The notes under the pieces were generated by a model. The model was given only the letters and a program-made list of their open reading frames with translations, did not search any database and had not been told where the DNA came from. Position numbers and translations under genes: made by a program. From contig JAKQPK010000029.1 of assembly GCA_029564765.1 (NCBI GenBank), positions 119-64,118 of the forward strand: a stretch of DNA of 64,000 nt, in the 5' to 3' direction. The DNA is from Candidatus Omnitrophota bacterium. Lineage in GTDB: Bacteria > Omnitrophota > Gorgyraeia > Zapsychrales > Aceulaceae. Of the stretch, positions 1-15,000 are shown one piece after another; position 1 is the stretch's first letter, and each line of letters begins with the position of its first letter.

Positions 1-1
1 T

Positions 2-3000
2 CCTACTTTCACAGCGCCTGAAACACCTTTTGTACCTACATTTGAAACACCTGTTATGCCTGCTGAACCGGTTATGCCGATGATGCCGGTCATTAACTTT
101 ACGATGCCGCTTTCCTTTAATAATACAAGCCCCGGATTAAGCGTGACATCACAAAATTCGAACCCTGAGAGCGGGTGGACTACTCCGTTATACGCCTTCG
201 TTTATCCAAATAATAGTCAACCCAATACTGACAGTGGCAAAGACAGTCATAATAAACCAAATCAAGAGGCCATTCCGCTCTCAGGGCCTCAATTACCAGC
301 TGTTCCTGTGTCTGAGATGCCAACTCCGACAAGTTCTGGCTCTAAACCTAAGGCACCTCAACATTTGGTAGTCGCGTTTGTCAATAATTCTCATGTAGAT
401 AAGGCAGCCATACTGCAAACCAGCGCGCCGGTAAGGACATTTGAAGGTGTAGAGTTTAAGGTTGCTGTTGCCAAAGACACCAGTACGCGCGGCTTGACGT
501 CTGGCTTGTCCCCAGGTATCAACATGCCGTCGTCCACTCCCGCAGTGGATCAGACGGTGAGAGGAATAGTTAGAGCGGGAACAATAGCTACGGATGCTGC
601 TTTGAGAGTTAGAGCTCTTTCTCTCTCTGCCGCAATAGAAGAAATAAGAGCAAAGGTTGTACAAAGCGTTAACTTGATCTCTGTAAAATCTGTCAAGTTA
701 GTGGTGCGTGGGGTGCGCGCTCTTCAGATCACCCTCAGCCAGGCCCAATTCGCCTTGTTGTTCGAATTAGGGGAAATTGGGACGTCTCGATTACCTTTGT
801 TTGTAGGTCGAGGAAAATCGAGTCAGGCCAAAGCTGCTCTCGTTAAGAGAGAAACAGGCTTGAATAGCTCTTTGAATTCAAGGTTTGCAGGTGTTTTGCA
901 AAACTTAGCTTCCTTGAAAGGTGTTATTAAGGAAAGCGGAATTCACTTCGATCTCCTTAGCGTTATTCGAGGAAAATCGGAGCTGATTTCTGGATTCAAA
1001 GCTTTTGCTCTTTGGATAGTAATGTCGCTACAGGAAGTGCTGACTGCAAATGAAGCTTATGCAAGCGAGTTTGTGTTCGCAGAGTCTAGCGTTTCCGGTG
1101 CTTTGGAAGGTGCGTCTGTCGCAAAGACTGCCAAGACAGCTAAGAATGTGTCCAGCAATGTCTATAGACAGGCCAGATCTAGCGTGTCCAGTGCTGTTGT
1201 GGGCCGCGAGACTGTCGCATCCTCTGTATTAGAGGCCGGGTTTGCTAGAAACGATGCCAATATGAGCTCTGTTGGCTTAAGTGACAGACGTTCTGTGATT
1301 GCAGAAATTGGCGTTTCCGGTGCTTTAGAGAGTGTGTCTGTCGCGAAGACTGTTGAAACAGCCGAAACTGTGGCTGTGAAGACTGTGCCGCAGACCAGAT
1401 CAAGCGAGACTGCGTTGGTTGCAGACCGTGTGATCGCGAAAGCCTTTGTATTAGAGAATGCCGGTGCCAAGAATGTGTCTACAGAGTCTGGGCTTAATAC
1501 AACAATTGTTTATGCTCCGTCTGCAGAATTTGGCGTTTCTGGTGTGTCGCAAGGTGTGTCTTCGCTCAAAGCTGCCTCAGCGGTTGTCAACGCCGGTGCT
1601 AGCTTTAAGGAAGAGACCGTAGAGAGTGTTTCCGCGGCGCTCGTTAGCCGTAGAGATGCTAACTCTGTATCAAACGACTACTCCAGAGGCGTACGATCTG
1701 TAAATGTAGGGTCTGTGAGAGAGCCTGCGTTTGCAGAAATTGGCGTTTCCAGTGCTGTAGAAGGTGTGTCTTCTGAAAACAGATTCAGAGCCCTTGCAGT
1801 CAAGGCACAGAATGCCTTAGAGAACGCAAGACGCTACGCTGAGTCTTTAAATAGGAAGACGACTGCATTACTAAACAAAGTTGTCAGAGCGCAAAGAGAA
1901 TTTGAGCCTCAGGCCGAACAAAGCAATATTGGTGCACGCTTGGTCGGAATCCTCATTCCGACATTTGTCATAGCGCAGATCATCACCCATTTGCTTCCGT
2001 CGACAGGTCTGGCCCAAAATACCCTCTATATCGCTGGCGCAACGGTTAGCTTGACCGACTTTATCGCTCTAACTGGCTTAATGTTAGGATTGGTTAGGAA
2101 TTTACCGTTCACATTTGTGTTCGGATTCTTCCACATATTCCAGAACTATGTGACAGACGACATAGGATTTTTAGGCACATTTGCCACCAATTATGGCAAC
2201 AACATCCTCTTCGATGTTCCTTATTATACCGCGATGCTGATCATGCCCATCGAGATCACTGCCTGGATCATGAAGATAGCCGAGAAAAAAGATTTTGTTG
2301 CGGCCAGCAAGATGACCCGAAAAGCGATCTTAAGGTTTGTTGCCGCTATTTTCGTTCTTCTTTCTATCCAAGAAGCTTTAAGCGATCAGGTCACTCCGCT
2401 TTATCAGGCCATTCGCGAAAACATGCAACCCGGCAGTGAATATAATGCCCGCGTTCTGACCCGCGATTGGTGGGATATCGCCGCTTACTTTGCTGGAGCT
2501 GTTTGGTTCTACGCCTTCATGGATTGGTTCAAGCGTAAAACATACAACATTTCTCATGTGGAGAAGATTGAAAAGATGTTCGCCTTAGAAGAAGATGACG
2601 CCATTAATCCTTCGAAAGGCAGCGAGAATAGAATGAAGAATTCAAGAACAAGCAACAAAGCAAACGGCACTTCCAGCGCGATCAGCAACAAGGCTTCTTC
2701 CAACAACGTTCAAGATAAATTAGACGATATTCAGCAGAGAATGGAAAATTTTCAGGACGCTATTGAGGCTACTGGCTTAACGGCGAAAGTCGCTCGCTTG
2801 CAATACGCTATCTCTCTGGTTGAAAAAAGAATTAACGCTGCGCTCAAAGAGCACATGTCTTTAGAAACATCTTTTGATGCTTTGTGGGCTCAGAAAAATA
2901 ATGTTTCAGGTAGAAAAGAACGCATTCGTTTTGTTCAGAAAGCCAGATCGATCCATCAACAAAAGATCGCGGCTGAAAAGAAATTGGCTGATTTGATCTC

Positions 3001-6000
3001 CAAGAAAGAAGACTTTGAAAATCAAGCGGCTGATCTTCAAGAACAGATCTTCGGCTTCGCCGAACAGCACGAAGATTTCGTCAGCGAAGAAGATCGCTCT
3101 TTTGCCTACACCGTTTCTGTCTACAACAACGAAGTTGCCGGCAAGTGGTATTTCACCCGCGTTGCCAAGATCAAGAGATTGGCTGAGATCATCCGCGTGG
3201 CTTACAACGAGCTTTTGGCCAAGAGAGCAGGTGAGTGGCAGCAAGCTGGCGTTGCGACAATTTATGCCGATAGATTGTTAGGCGATGTCGTCAGCCGCGA
3301 GACCATGAGCGATATTTACGCCGCGACCATTTTAAAGAACGCAGGAGACCTATCTAACCTTAGCGCAGAAGTCGCTCAATTTGAAACCGTTGTCGCCATG
3401 ACGCTTGCTTCTAAGAATGTTTCCCGCAAGGCCAAAAAGCATTTCTTGAAGAATATTGAAGACGCTCTTAATTCACGACTTGGACAGGAATCTTTCAAGC
3501 TTGCCCGCAATGTAGCGATCGTTGTGATCGCGGTCGTTGTTGGCGGTCTTCTCTTATCAACATCAGCCTTCGCGCAAACAGCAACTACCACCAACAATGT
3601 CAACCTTGACCAGGCAGACACTCTTCAAGGTCTGTCCTTCAGCCATTCCTTTATCGGCGATACCACAAATGGCTATTATGCTCCGGTTGGTAAGTGGACA
3701 TCAAGGAATCCTGGCCAGAATACTTTAAGCGGTATCGTGATGGACGCGCAAAGCATTGGATTGATCCCGCAAGGCAATGTCATGAAGTATGTTGAAATTG
3801 TTGCCAAAGACAATCACATCAGAAATCCCAATGTTATCCGCGTTGGACAGAAGATCTGGATCCGATACGCCTTAGCAACGCTTACATCCGTGGTCCCGGC
3901 GCCAAGCAACAGGGTGCCGGTGAACAACAACGTGCCGGTCGAACAAAAAGTTGAGCAAGTTGTCCCTTCTGTTGTCAACGACACGATCGGCGCGGCAACA
4001 ACAACATTCGTCGTCACCGCTGACACGCTTGCACGAGCTGCTCAACCCACAACAGAAACAGCCGTTGTTAAGGCTGATGTAACATCTGTTCAGGCCCAGG
4101 CACCGCCGGTAGGATATACAGAAACGCGTGTCTCCCTCCAGGGTTATCAGATGTTCGTCAATGATTCCTCTTACTTTATCCGCGGTGTTACAGTTGATGA
4201 AAACTTCTCCATTAGCGATATCCACTATGTTCAAGCCTTAGGCGCCAATACTGTTCGTACGTACCAAGCGTATCCTTCTATCTTTAACAAGGCTACCTTA
4301 GATAGCTTAGCCAAGAGCGGTATTCGCGTGATCGTTGGCATCCCTGCCGATGCCGGTAGCGGTGCTCGTGTCAATATTAAAGACGGTACCTACAAAGACT
4401 TTATCCGTCAATACGGCAGTCATCCAGCTGTTTTAATGATCGAGTTCGGCAACGAGTACAATTATCATCCGGAATGGTTTAACAACAATATTAACAACTG
4501 GTACAGCATGCTGGAAAAGGCTGCTTCTGAAACAAAGAAGATCAATTCTAAGATCATTGTCGCTACAGCCCACGGTGAAGTACCGACATTTGATGTTGTT
4601 CAAAAAGTTCCTTCTGTGGATGTCTGGGGCTTAAACGTTTACCGCGGCACAAGCTTCGGCACATTGTTCCAGCAATGGGTGAACTTGACAACGCAACTAA
4701 ACCGCCCGATGCCGATGTATCTCGCTGAATATGGCTTTGATTCCCACAGATATGCTGAAGAAGGTCAGGCCAATGGCATTATGAGCTTGGCTCAAGAGCT
4801 TGAGAACAATAAAGATAAGGTCATCGGCGGAACAGCGATGAGCTTTAAGGATAACCGTAACAAGGGAAGCGAAGACGAAAATAGTTATGGTTTCTATACG
4901 ATTGATTTTAATGATCAGGTCAGCGGCGCTAAACAGGTTGTAGAAATTATTTCCAAGATTTGGGGCGGCAAGGGAGAGGTAGCAGTATTAACACAGCGAC
5001 AATTATTCCGCCAAGAAACAGAAGCAAAGGCCAAAGCCGCTGAAATGAGTATCGCCCAGTTCGACAGCACTGCCGCTGTTCGTGATTCGCTGCGCATCGA
5101 TTCGTTACAGCTTGTTAGCAAAAAAGACCTTGTTGATGCTCAGATCAACGCGCTCGCCGGCAATCCTGACAGTGTACTAAACGACCTAAGGCAGGTCTAT
5201 AGATATACAGGCGCTAGCAAGAACTTTGCTTGGCCGCTGACATTAAGCGCTGGCTACAACTACAACACAGGAAGCTTGATCAGCGTACCGTTTACCAAGA
5301 ATGGATTAGGGACCGTAAACCTTAGCATTAACAACGCGTTTGGCAATAGTATTAACTTCCTACAGCAAACAACAGGTCTTATGAACACAACGCTAACCGG
5401 TACAGCTTTGGAGATCGGAGTCGGTTATGTGGCGTATCTGCATGCTGCCATGGAGCTTCGCAACAGCATCATTTCAGCCGCGCATCAAGGTGATGGCGCC
5501 CTCGTCACAGGCCGCCGTATCAATGGCGCTCCTGTCTTAAGACCGGTCTTTTCTAAAACACATTACATGTATGAAAACAAGATCATTACCGATACCAACG
5601 ATGTCAATTCTTTTGCAGAAAGAAAAGACCGCTCCCACGTTTCCTTTAGGCCAGGACAATTCCTCTTTAATGATGTGATGCGCAAATATGTTCCCGAAGT
5701 CATTACCGGCATTACAGATGAAGTTTTCGCGCTGCCATTTGACATGAGTAAAGATTTTAATCTAACCGATTCTGCAAAGACAATGAAGGCAAAAACAGGT
5801 GTTCAGACCTTCTTCAGCGGACTCGTCAATAAAACTTTAGGATATGACCCTGCGATCGTTCCTGCTTACGCAAAGCCAAAATACGACGTCTGGGCCGTGA
5901 TCGGAGATAAGGAGCATGCGTTCGTCTATGACAGCGCCTTAACTTGCATGAACCCGAACCTGTATTACGTTATCGCGCGTGATAGCATCTACGCTGTCGG

Positions 6001-9000
6001 CTATGTGATCGATCTTCAAGATCCTATGCATCCTGTCGTTAAGGAATACTTCCGCACCCCTCGTTTCATTGACAGCTTGGACCGCACATTCTTTATCGAT
6101 TACAACCTTTGGTTAGAGCCAAAACAAGCCTACATCGTTCCAACCGGTTGGATGATCCAGAATCTGATCGATGCTTACAGTGTTCGCTCCAGCAAGCAGG
6201 CGATCGTTGCCGCTCAAGATCCTCGCAGTGGAAAAATTCTTAACACATATCATTTATCCCAATCCCCGTCTATTGAGCATCGCCCTGTTTATATGAAAAA
6301 AGGAACCATTGCTTATCAAGATTCTATTGTGATGGCACCTGTCTTTACGGATACGATCTTAGGTTCTTGGCCGAACGGACAGCCTATTTATCCTAACGCG
6401 ATCTTTAGCGAAAGCTGTGCCGCGATGAGTTATTTCTTCTATCGTCAGTCCGATGCCGCCACATGGAATGACCTGCAAGGTGATGTGATCGACCTTGCAA
6501 CAGGCAAAGCCACGCCAGTCATGGCTCATGATACAGTGACCTTTAAAGTGTTGCCTGGCGACCTAACGATCAAGACATTTGCTCAGGACACCATTCTACC
6601 TGCTGGATTCAAGGTCGCTTATCTTAACAACGATACGGCCATGAGCATTTTTGTTGCCAAACCTGTTGATATGCCCCAACCGCCGCTGGCACGCTTATTC
6701 ATCTATCCGGCAGGGCAGCAATACATTTATGATTCCGTTGAATTACGCAATCTTAACACTTATACCTTGAATGGTGTGACATATAAGCAGTTTGAGAATG
6801 GCCAGATCGCGCTTGTTGATTACAGCCCTAACGCCCAACGCCTTGACCTGCGTCACGTCAACGCTACGGTTATTTATGAAGATGGCACGATCAAGAACTT
6901 CACTAACGACAGCATTCCTGTCAATGTAAGCAAGAAAGAGATCCCTGTGGCTAAAGGGGAAGTGCCTTTAAGCGTTTCCATTCAGAATATTCCTGGCGAT
7001 CGTTTCGCGCAGCTGTCAGAAGCTTTAAATGTTTTAGGCATTCCAGGCGCTGACAGCATTGTCAATGACTTAAGACAAAAAGCTTTGGCTTTCGAACAAA
7101 GCACAGCTGCCTTGAGCCGCGAAAGCAACAATCTTCGCAACGCCGCCTTACAACGCGAGCAAGCCTATCAAATTTCCCGCGGCCTCAACCTCTTTACTCA
7201 AGGTCTTTATAAGATTGTCCAGTCCCTGGAAGAGCACAATACTAAGATCGACAACAAAGAGCTCCTTTATAGCTGGTTACGTCAGATATCTTTTGACATG
7301 GTTGCCGGATCTTTAGATCCTCAAGCAGATGCCAACGCCTTTTACAATACGATCATTGAAAGAATGAAAGAAAGCACTCCAGAAGATGTCATGTTCAATT
7401 CACAAGATTCAGTTTTCTTAAACGGCAAGAGCCTTTTCGCTTATTGGAAAGATATGGTTTTGGGTGCTGGCAACACAAAGATCGCTGACATGGACTCTCT
7501 TAATATCAAGTCTTTAATCACAGTCGCTGACGCGAACTCCCAGCTTGCTATTTTGCAAGGTATTGGCCAGCCAGTAACAGATCCTTATGGTATGGCTGTG
7601 AACGTCCCTTACGCGATCACACAGCAAGATACCGCTCAAACAGCCGCCAATGATCTTAATGGCATGATTACTTTGAACAATTACGACAGCCTCTTTAATT
7701 ATGTTCCTGCTGACCTGGCGGCAACGCTGCAGGCATGGAATTATTATTTGAGCCTTTATAATGATTCTATCCCTGTCTGGGACAGTATCTGGAATGCAAG
7801 GCTTCAACAGGCAACAGTGGCAGGCGATGCGGCGTGGATCAGCCTTTGCAACAACGCGATCGCGAACATTAATACCTTGAAGACCACCTTAGGCAATCCT
7901 AATGCCTCTGTACCGAATACCATGTTCTGGGCTTTATATCAGCTTCAGCTTCATTATAATGGTAATATTGTGCCGTTCTCAACACTCGCCAATATCTTTG
8001 CCTCTATTAATCAGCAAATGGCTAACTACTGGACAGCTCAGATCAGCCTTCTCAATCAAGGCGCTGCTTTGATTATCCCTAATTATTTAGGCCTCAACGC
8101 TGTAATTATTCCTTATTTTGCGTCTTATCCGATCGTAGACGATCCCAGCACGCCTAACGTTAACGAGGCTAAGTTTGATACAGGGGAAGACGATCCTACA
8201 ACACCTGTTGATGAATCCAAGATCTTTACAATTTCATTCATCAACCAGTATCTTTATGTTGACGACAATACACCCAATGCCCAATCAGTGATGGGTTACT
8301 TAGCCAGAATGGAAGGCTTTGTGGCTTGGTTAGAAGACATCTTGGCAGAACACACAGATCTCTGGCAAACACATCCTCAATATCAGCAGAATATCCAGAA
8401 TTTGATCACCGCTATCAAGAACGTCTGGGATCCTGATGCCGCAAACTATAGCTATTGGAGAGTTCACGGCATTCCAGAATTAGCCAAAGATTCTATCTTG
8501 CAAGCTGTGAATCAGTATGCAGAAAGCGGCGCCCAGATCGTTACTCGTAAAACAGATGCCCGCAACGCTCAAGTGACCGCGTATACAGACCTTGCCAATG
8601 CGGCCTTAGGATTTAAAGATTTCTTAGAGTTCTTCTACGATGCTGATAGCGGCAAGACAGCTGAATATGTCAGCTTCGCCGAAAAGCAGATCAAGCGTGC
8701 TTTAAAGACCGTTCGCCATTACAACTCATTTGCCAATCATCCTTTACGCAATCTTCTGCAGGCAGGCCAAACCGTAAATAGCAGCAGCAAAGATCACGCA
8801 AGACAAAAGGCTCGCCAAAACGCTTCTTATCAGCAGGCGGAAGTTCGATATGATCAGATCTTTGCCGCGTACGACAGCGCCTTCAGTATTTTTGCCAACG
8901 CCAAGAACGCTCATGAACAATTTGTTCTAAGTACGATCGACAGCTTGGGCCGCAAGGACAGCATTCAAGCCAAAGCCTTGATCCAGAACTATTTTGCCAA

Positions 9001-12000
9001 CATCAATATTGTTAAACCAGCCTTTATCATTAAAGGTGATCAGCTGATCTTTATCAAAGACGGCGAGCAGATCCCAATGGTTCGCGTCAATGGCCAAGCC
9101 CTCAGCAAATCTTCTGCTCAGTGGTCAGGCAACATTTCTGATATCTCAAAGATCAACGATGATAAAAAGTATGGCAACTTTACCGGCTTATCAGTATATG
9201 ACATCGTCAGGATGTCTAACGGCGCTGTGTCTATTGGCGCGCATGTCATCAACACACAAGCCATGGGCATCGAGAACCCTGCCGCGTTTAATCAGGTCCT
9301 CTTGTTCCAGGTCAGCGTTGATCCTAAGGAAGAGAATTGGGTATTTAATTTCGCGGGAGGCTCAAGCCAGAGATCGTTCTTTGAAGAGCAGTCCGGCAGC
9401 ACAGAAGAAAATCCGATCGGCGAAAATGTTCGCAAACAACACTATCTGATGATCTCTAATATAGGCTTTAGCTCTAAGGATGGGTCTTTCTGCGGCGCTG
9501 TCGCGGGTGTGGCTCAATTCTCGCTGGATGAGAAAAACAATGTCATCGGCGTGGTCATGGATCTGGATTATGAGATATCCAGACGTTTTGTTGCCACGTT
9601 TAATGGCGGCTTTGCCTACGGCAAGAAAGAAACAGATTATACCATCAACGTGATCGATCCTCTCACGGGCAACAGCTACGGCTCTTATCCTTATGTTCTA
9701 AAGTCCGAAGACCAATTTAACTTCCAGAATTTCACAGTTCACTTTAAGCCGCTTCAGGGCGACAACGCCAACAAGCTTGTTTTTGACCTTTCCTTTATCA
9801 ATGAAATTAAAGGTGTTAATGATGCTTGGGGTCAAGATCAAACAACAGCGCTTGCGGTTGGTGGCGGAACGACCTTAGGCCGTTTCCATTTTGAAGCAAA
9901 AACAACCATTACAGGAGAAAATCACCGTTACGGCGCTGTGGCTGGTGTCGCTTTAGATAAGGCCGGCACGTGCCACTTGAACGGCTTCTACAACTATATT
10001 GAAGGTGAGCAGGGCGCTGGCATCGGCTTTAACTGGGGTAATCATTTAAATGTCAGTGTTAAGACGAATTTCGATAAAGATCATCAACTTTCCGCGAACT
10101 TTGGGTACAAATTTGATAACGGCCTTGGCGCAGGCGCTCGCGTGATGCCCAGCAGCCAGAATTGGTTCGGCGCCGGCGTTTCTTATCCGATCCTCAATCT
10201 CTTCACCAAGAAAGCTCCTCAGGAGAGCAAGCTTGTCTCCCGGCCGTTCAGCGCGCGCGACGCTCAGATCGTCGGCGGCATCGTCAACGATACGATCAAA
10301 CCCGCTGAAGGATCCAAGAGCAATATTTTCAATGTTGAACTGCCTCAGTCTGTCGCTGCTGACAACGTTGTCCGCCAAGACGGCGTCAACGGAACTGTTG
10401 TTTGGGGTTTGCCGCCATATCAGAGAACGGCTGAAGGATTACGCGGCAACGGCCTTCTTCACACCTTTGACGGTTTGATGCCGCAAGTTTTGAAGGGCAA
10501 TATTTGGGACGGTAAACAAATCTGGACAATGAAAGGCATTACAGAGACTTTGATCGCGGACAGCCTTGGACATTTTAGACAGATGAACAACTTAGGGATC
10601 ACCAAAAAAGCTGACGGTTATTATTTCAAGACAGCCAACGGCACTCTTCAAAAAATTAGCGATCCTGACGGCTCAGCCTTGGTCGTCCTTCAGAATGTTG
10701 ATGAAAAGAACTATCGCGCAGACGTGGTTGGCGTTGTTGAGATCGGCCTTCGTTGGTTAGACTTAGAAGATGCTCTTCTTTCTGATCGTTTATATGTTGA
10801 TCGCCAGAACAACTACTACATTGTTAATGATGCTGCTCAGGCCCAGGAGGGATGGGAGCTTGTGGTCATGTTCGTTGAAGGCAATGACACTATCAATGGC
10901 CTTCCTTGGATCCCTGTTCGCAAAAGTGAATATTCCCCAGCTAATATTCGCGCAACTCAGAAATCCGGTTCTGGTTATTGGTGGCAAGATAAGAACGGGG
11001 ATAACCGTCAAGACCCTGTCAACGAGCCAACAGTACGCAAACCATGGAAGGTTACAGAGCGCAACAGTGAAGTTGAAGATCTTTTGATCAGAGGCTTTAA
11101 GCCGTATTATGAAGTTAAAATGATCGTTTCTGGGGAAAACAGGCGTATTTGGATGTCCGGAAGAGCTGTTGAAGATATTGATCAGACGTTCTACAGATCG
11201 CATCTTTTATTTATCGAGTACGATGCTTCCGCAAATGACGGCATCCGTCAGACATGGATCTCTTTGAGCGATCTCAATTCTGGAAGCAACCGTGCTTATT
11301 ATCAGAAGAAGATCTATGAAGAAGGCGCTATCTTGCAACAGATGGCTAAGAGTGGAGAGCAAGTTGCTCCTATCCGTTATTATTACCCCAACCAAATCTT
11401 TTCTAAGAGCAATATTTTAGATCTTAAGACCAACGTGACCCATGCAATGAACGCTCAGCTTGGCCAGGGAAGCTCTCTGTACAAGGTCGCTCGCATTGGC
11501 GATTACCGTATTAAAACCGTGGATGGTAAGGTTCAGCGATTCATTCTTTATCGCAATACAAGCTTCAATGGCGCGATCGTTGGCTATACCGCAACTGATG
11601 CTTGGGGCAAGGTCGTGGCGGAGTTTATGATGAAGAACGGCAACATGATCAAGGCTATTGTGAGCTTGGGTGAAAAAGCCTCTATCTTGAGCCAGCAGAT
11701 CCGCAGAGATTACGACCTTAAGGGTTTTGAAAAAGTTTCCCGTCTTTATGATCATTTTGATAACAAAGCCGCTGGAAATTATAATTTAAGCCACCAAGCA
11801 GGCTGGGCTGTGAATTGTGGAGAATACAATTTAAGGCTTTTAGATGGGCGGATCATTCCCTTTAATCTTATCAAACAGATTTCCATGAATGGTAGCTTGC
11901 AAAGAATGTTCGGTATCCAAAAAAATAATGAAGAGATCACGATCACTTGCGATGGTTCTGTTTTCCGTGTTGATCGCCAGAATGGCTCCGATTCTTATAT

Positions 12001-15000
12001 CGTAAGTTTTGATGGTAATAAGACGTATACCGTAGAATACAAGACGGCTGAAGGCCAAACAGTTTCTTTCGCGAGCCTTCCTAATAATTGGTCTTCAACA
12101 ATGCGCAATGTTTTTGCTCAAATTGCCAGAATACAACCACAGGCAAAGATTTACAATCCTGCTCAGCTAACTTGGCTAAGAGTAACGCGATTTGATAGCC
12201 AGCGTAATGAAGCTTTCCGCTATTATCATGCTTTTGCCGGCAACTTCAGTGAAGCATTAATTGAGCTCAACCATAGCCTTACAAAAGGATATGTGATCGT
12301 TAACATCGGACAAGGTTATGATCAGAGAGTCAACGATAGTACGGTGTATCATTGGCAAGGCCGTCAGATCTATTCATTTGAAATGACACCTAATGGATTA
12401 AAGGTCCTTTTGGAAAAATATGAAGCAGTTTCCGCACAGCAAAGCATTCTCGTTGACCTAAGAACGATCAACGATGGGAAGAAGGGTGCCATCGTTCGAT
12501 GGACAAACAAGCCTAGATCAGATGATGCTTTTGGCGATGCTTTTTATCAAAGCATTATTCAAAATTATAAACAGAAAGAAGGATTTTTGCCGATCGACTT
12601 CAATCGTGTTTATGATGCCAGAACCCTTGTTGAAAGCCTTTCTAATATCTCGTGGGATGCCTATATCGAAGTCCGTCAGACCGCCGATGGATATGAACAA
12701 AGATTAACCTATGAAGCTGATCCTTTGACCGGAGAAAAGGCCAGATCAGGAAATCTTATCGGCCTTCAGATCGTTTTAGATAATGAGCAGTGCGGCGTTA
12801 TCAACAGCGTTTACCGCGACATCTTGAATATTAACCTTCGCTACCATGAGCGATGGGCTGGCTTTGCTCCTGTTAAGCTTGATCGCTATGATAGGCGCTA
12901 TGGCCACATTGTTGAATCCAAAGAGGGCATCTTTGTTTTGCCAGCAGATTTCCGCACCAATACAGAATTCTTTAAAAATATCACAGAAAAGAACTACAAC
13001 TATCGTGTTGTGAATTCCTATGATCAGGATTATCAAATTTTAAAGAGCAGCATTGTTTATATTCGTCCTCAGGTCAATATGGAATGGGTGAAGGCTTGGG
13101 ATTTAGTTGTTGAAGACGAGATCGCAGCCGGCAATATCCAAAAAGTCAACATTGCCATGTTATTGAAGCAAGGCGAGATCAGAGACGCCTTACAAAAAAT
13201 CTATGCGCGACAGGGTGCTTATGGCGTTGATCTTTCAACAGTATTTATTCCATCAATCGTGACGACCATCGATGGCGTTGTGACAACTGATTACCGTATC
13301 CCTCATGATTATCAGGCAAGAAAGATCATCAGTGTTCGCGAAGAAGGCGGACGTATCTTAGAGATCATTGTTGCCAGTCAGTTTGATCCCAAAACAGGAG
13401 AGGTTATCAAATCATTCTCAGTAACGCCGAATTATAAGATCCGCGGTGTTTATGAGTCCTTGGAAGAGAACGCTGAGGATTATCGCCAAGGATTGGCTCA
13501 GCATACTGTCCAAGGCCTTATTGACAACGGCATCATGAAAGCATATAGCAAGAAGTCGAAAGAATTTTTGAATGTTCAGAATGCGAACATCTGGAACGAT
13601 CTTGCCAGGATCGGTGTCGCGCCTAAAACGCGTCCGATCGTTGTTCGGTTCACGCCACGTTTACTTTTAACAGACAAAGACGGAACCACAGACTACACAA
13701 CAAAAACAGGTCGTCCTACATATCAATATCTGCAGCCCAACGATGCTCGTGGTCGCTCGCTGGCTATCGCCTATCCAGATGGTAATTTAGAGCTTAATTT
13801 CTGGTGGATGGAAGCTGAAACAAAACATGTTACAAACGGCAACCAACACGAAGTTTATATGAGGCCTGGGATCCTTCCTGGCCACATGCTTATTGGTGAG
13901 GATGGTAAATTTAAAGCTTTTGAGATTTATAAAGGCGTTCGCCCTGAAGTCTCACAGAACAATGACATTAGCTGGCAAGACCAGCAAGAGAATGTCTTTG
14001 TTATGTCCCGAAGCGAAGACCAGCGCTTTGTTTTGACTGTTACGACACCTGGTAAAGATACTATTTCAATGAAGGGCAATGAATATCATGTTCTCGGTGA
14101 ACCTTATCGTCGCGAGATCGTTTTCTCAGCCGCTGGACAGCTCTTAGCTGAAAAATATTCCTTTATGCGCATGCAAGTTATGAAGGAAAACTTTGGCGTT
14201 GCCGTCAAGGATGTTGAAACAACCCTTTACGACATCACGTCTAATTATCGTAAACCGGTCGTTTCTTTCTTGGATGACGGAACGATCACAAAAGATTACT
14301 TGAAGATCGTATTTAGCATTGAAGAGAAGAACGGCATTTATTATCAGAGGACAATAGTCCTTGTCAATGAAACTGAAGGATTGGATGTGTCTAAGATCAA
14401 TCTTCAAGAATATTCTTATCTTGATGGCAAGATGGTGAACAAGGAACGCCCGAGCTTATTCATGTCTTGGCTCGAGAAAGCTGCTGCTTGGCGTAATATT
14501 GGTCTAGTTTTATTTGGCTATATTTTTGGAACGTTGGCCTTAGGCAAGATACTGGCCTGGATCGGGCAAGCTATGAGAGCCCGCCGTTCACGCCGCCAAG
14601 GCTTAGATGAAGTAGTTCTACAGCTTTCAAAAGAAACAATTCAGAAGATCTTAGATGAAGTACAGGCTTATTCAGATTATGGCTTCCAGATCGGTGTTGT
14701 TAAGGTTGTGAAAGAGCAGCTAGTTGCCTTATTGAATCGCAGACTAAGCGCTGGCGAGAAATTAAGCGACATCACAACTGAATATTTCTCTCGATTTAAG
14801 AATGTTTGGTTTACGCCTGTGATGAAGAAAGTTTTAAGCGCAGAGGAGTTCAAGATTTGGATCGAAAGAATTGATCAGTTCGGTGTCCATGAGATCTATA
14901 TCTATATGCTCACAAACACAGCTGGCGGCAAGCTGGCGAACGTTACCGCATCTGTTGATTTCTTTAATTTCTATAGAGGGGTTAAGCTTCTTCGAAGCGG

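Noticed and set aside
3886-3898. TCCGTGGTCCCG, matching the hairpin-family core near 23496
   Set aside because: It has no flanking inverted repeat and is probably a chance match.
11500-14450. RHS/YD-repeat toxin core
   Set aside because: The region is beta-rich with scattered YD-like dipeptides, but has no regular YD repeat and no PxxxxDPxG terminus.
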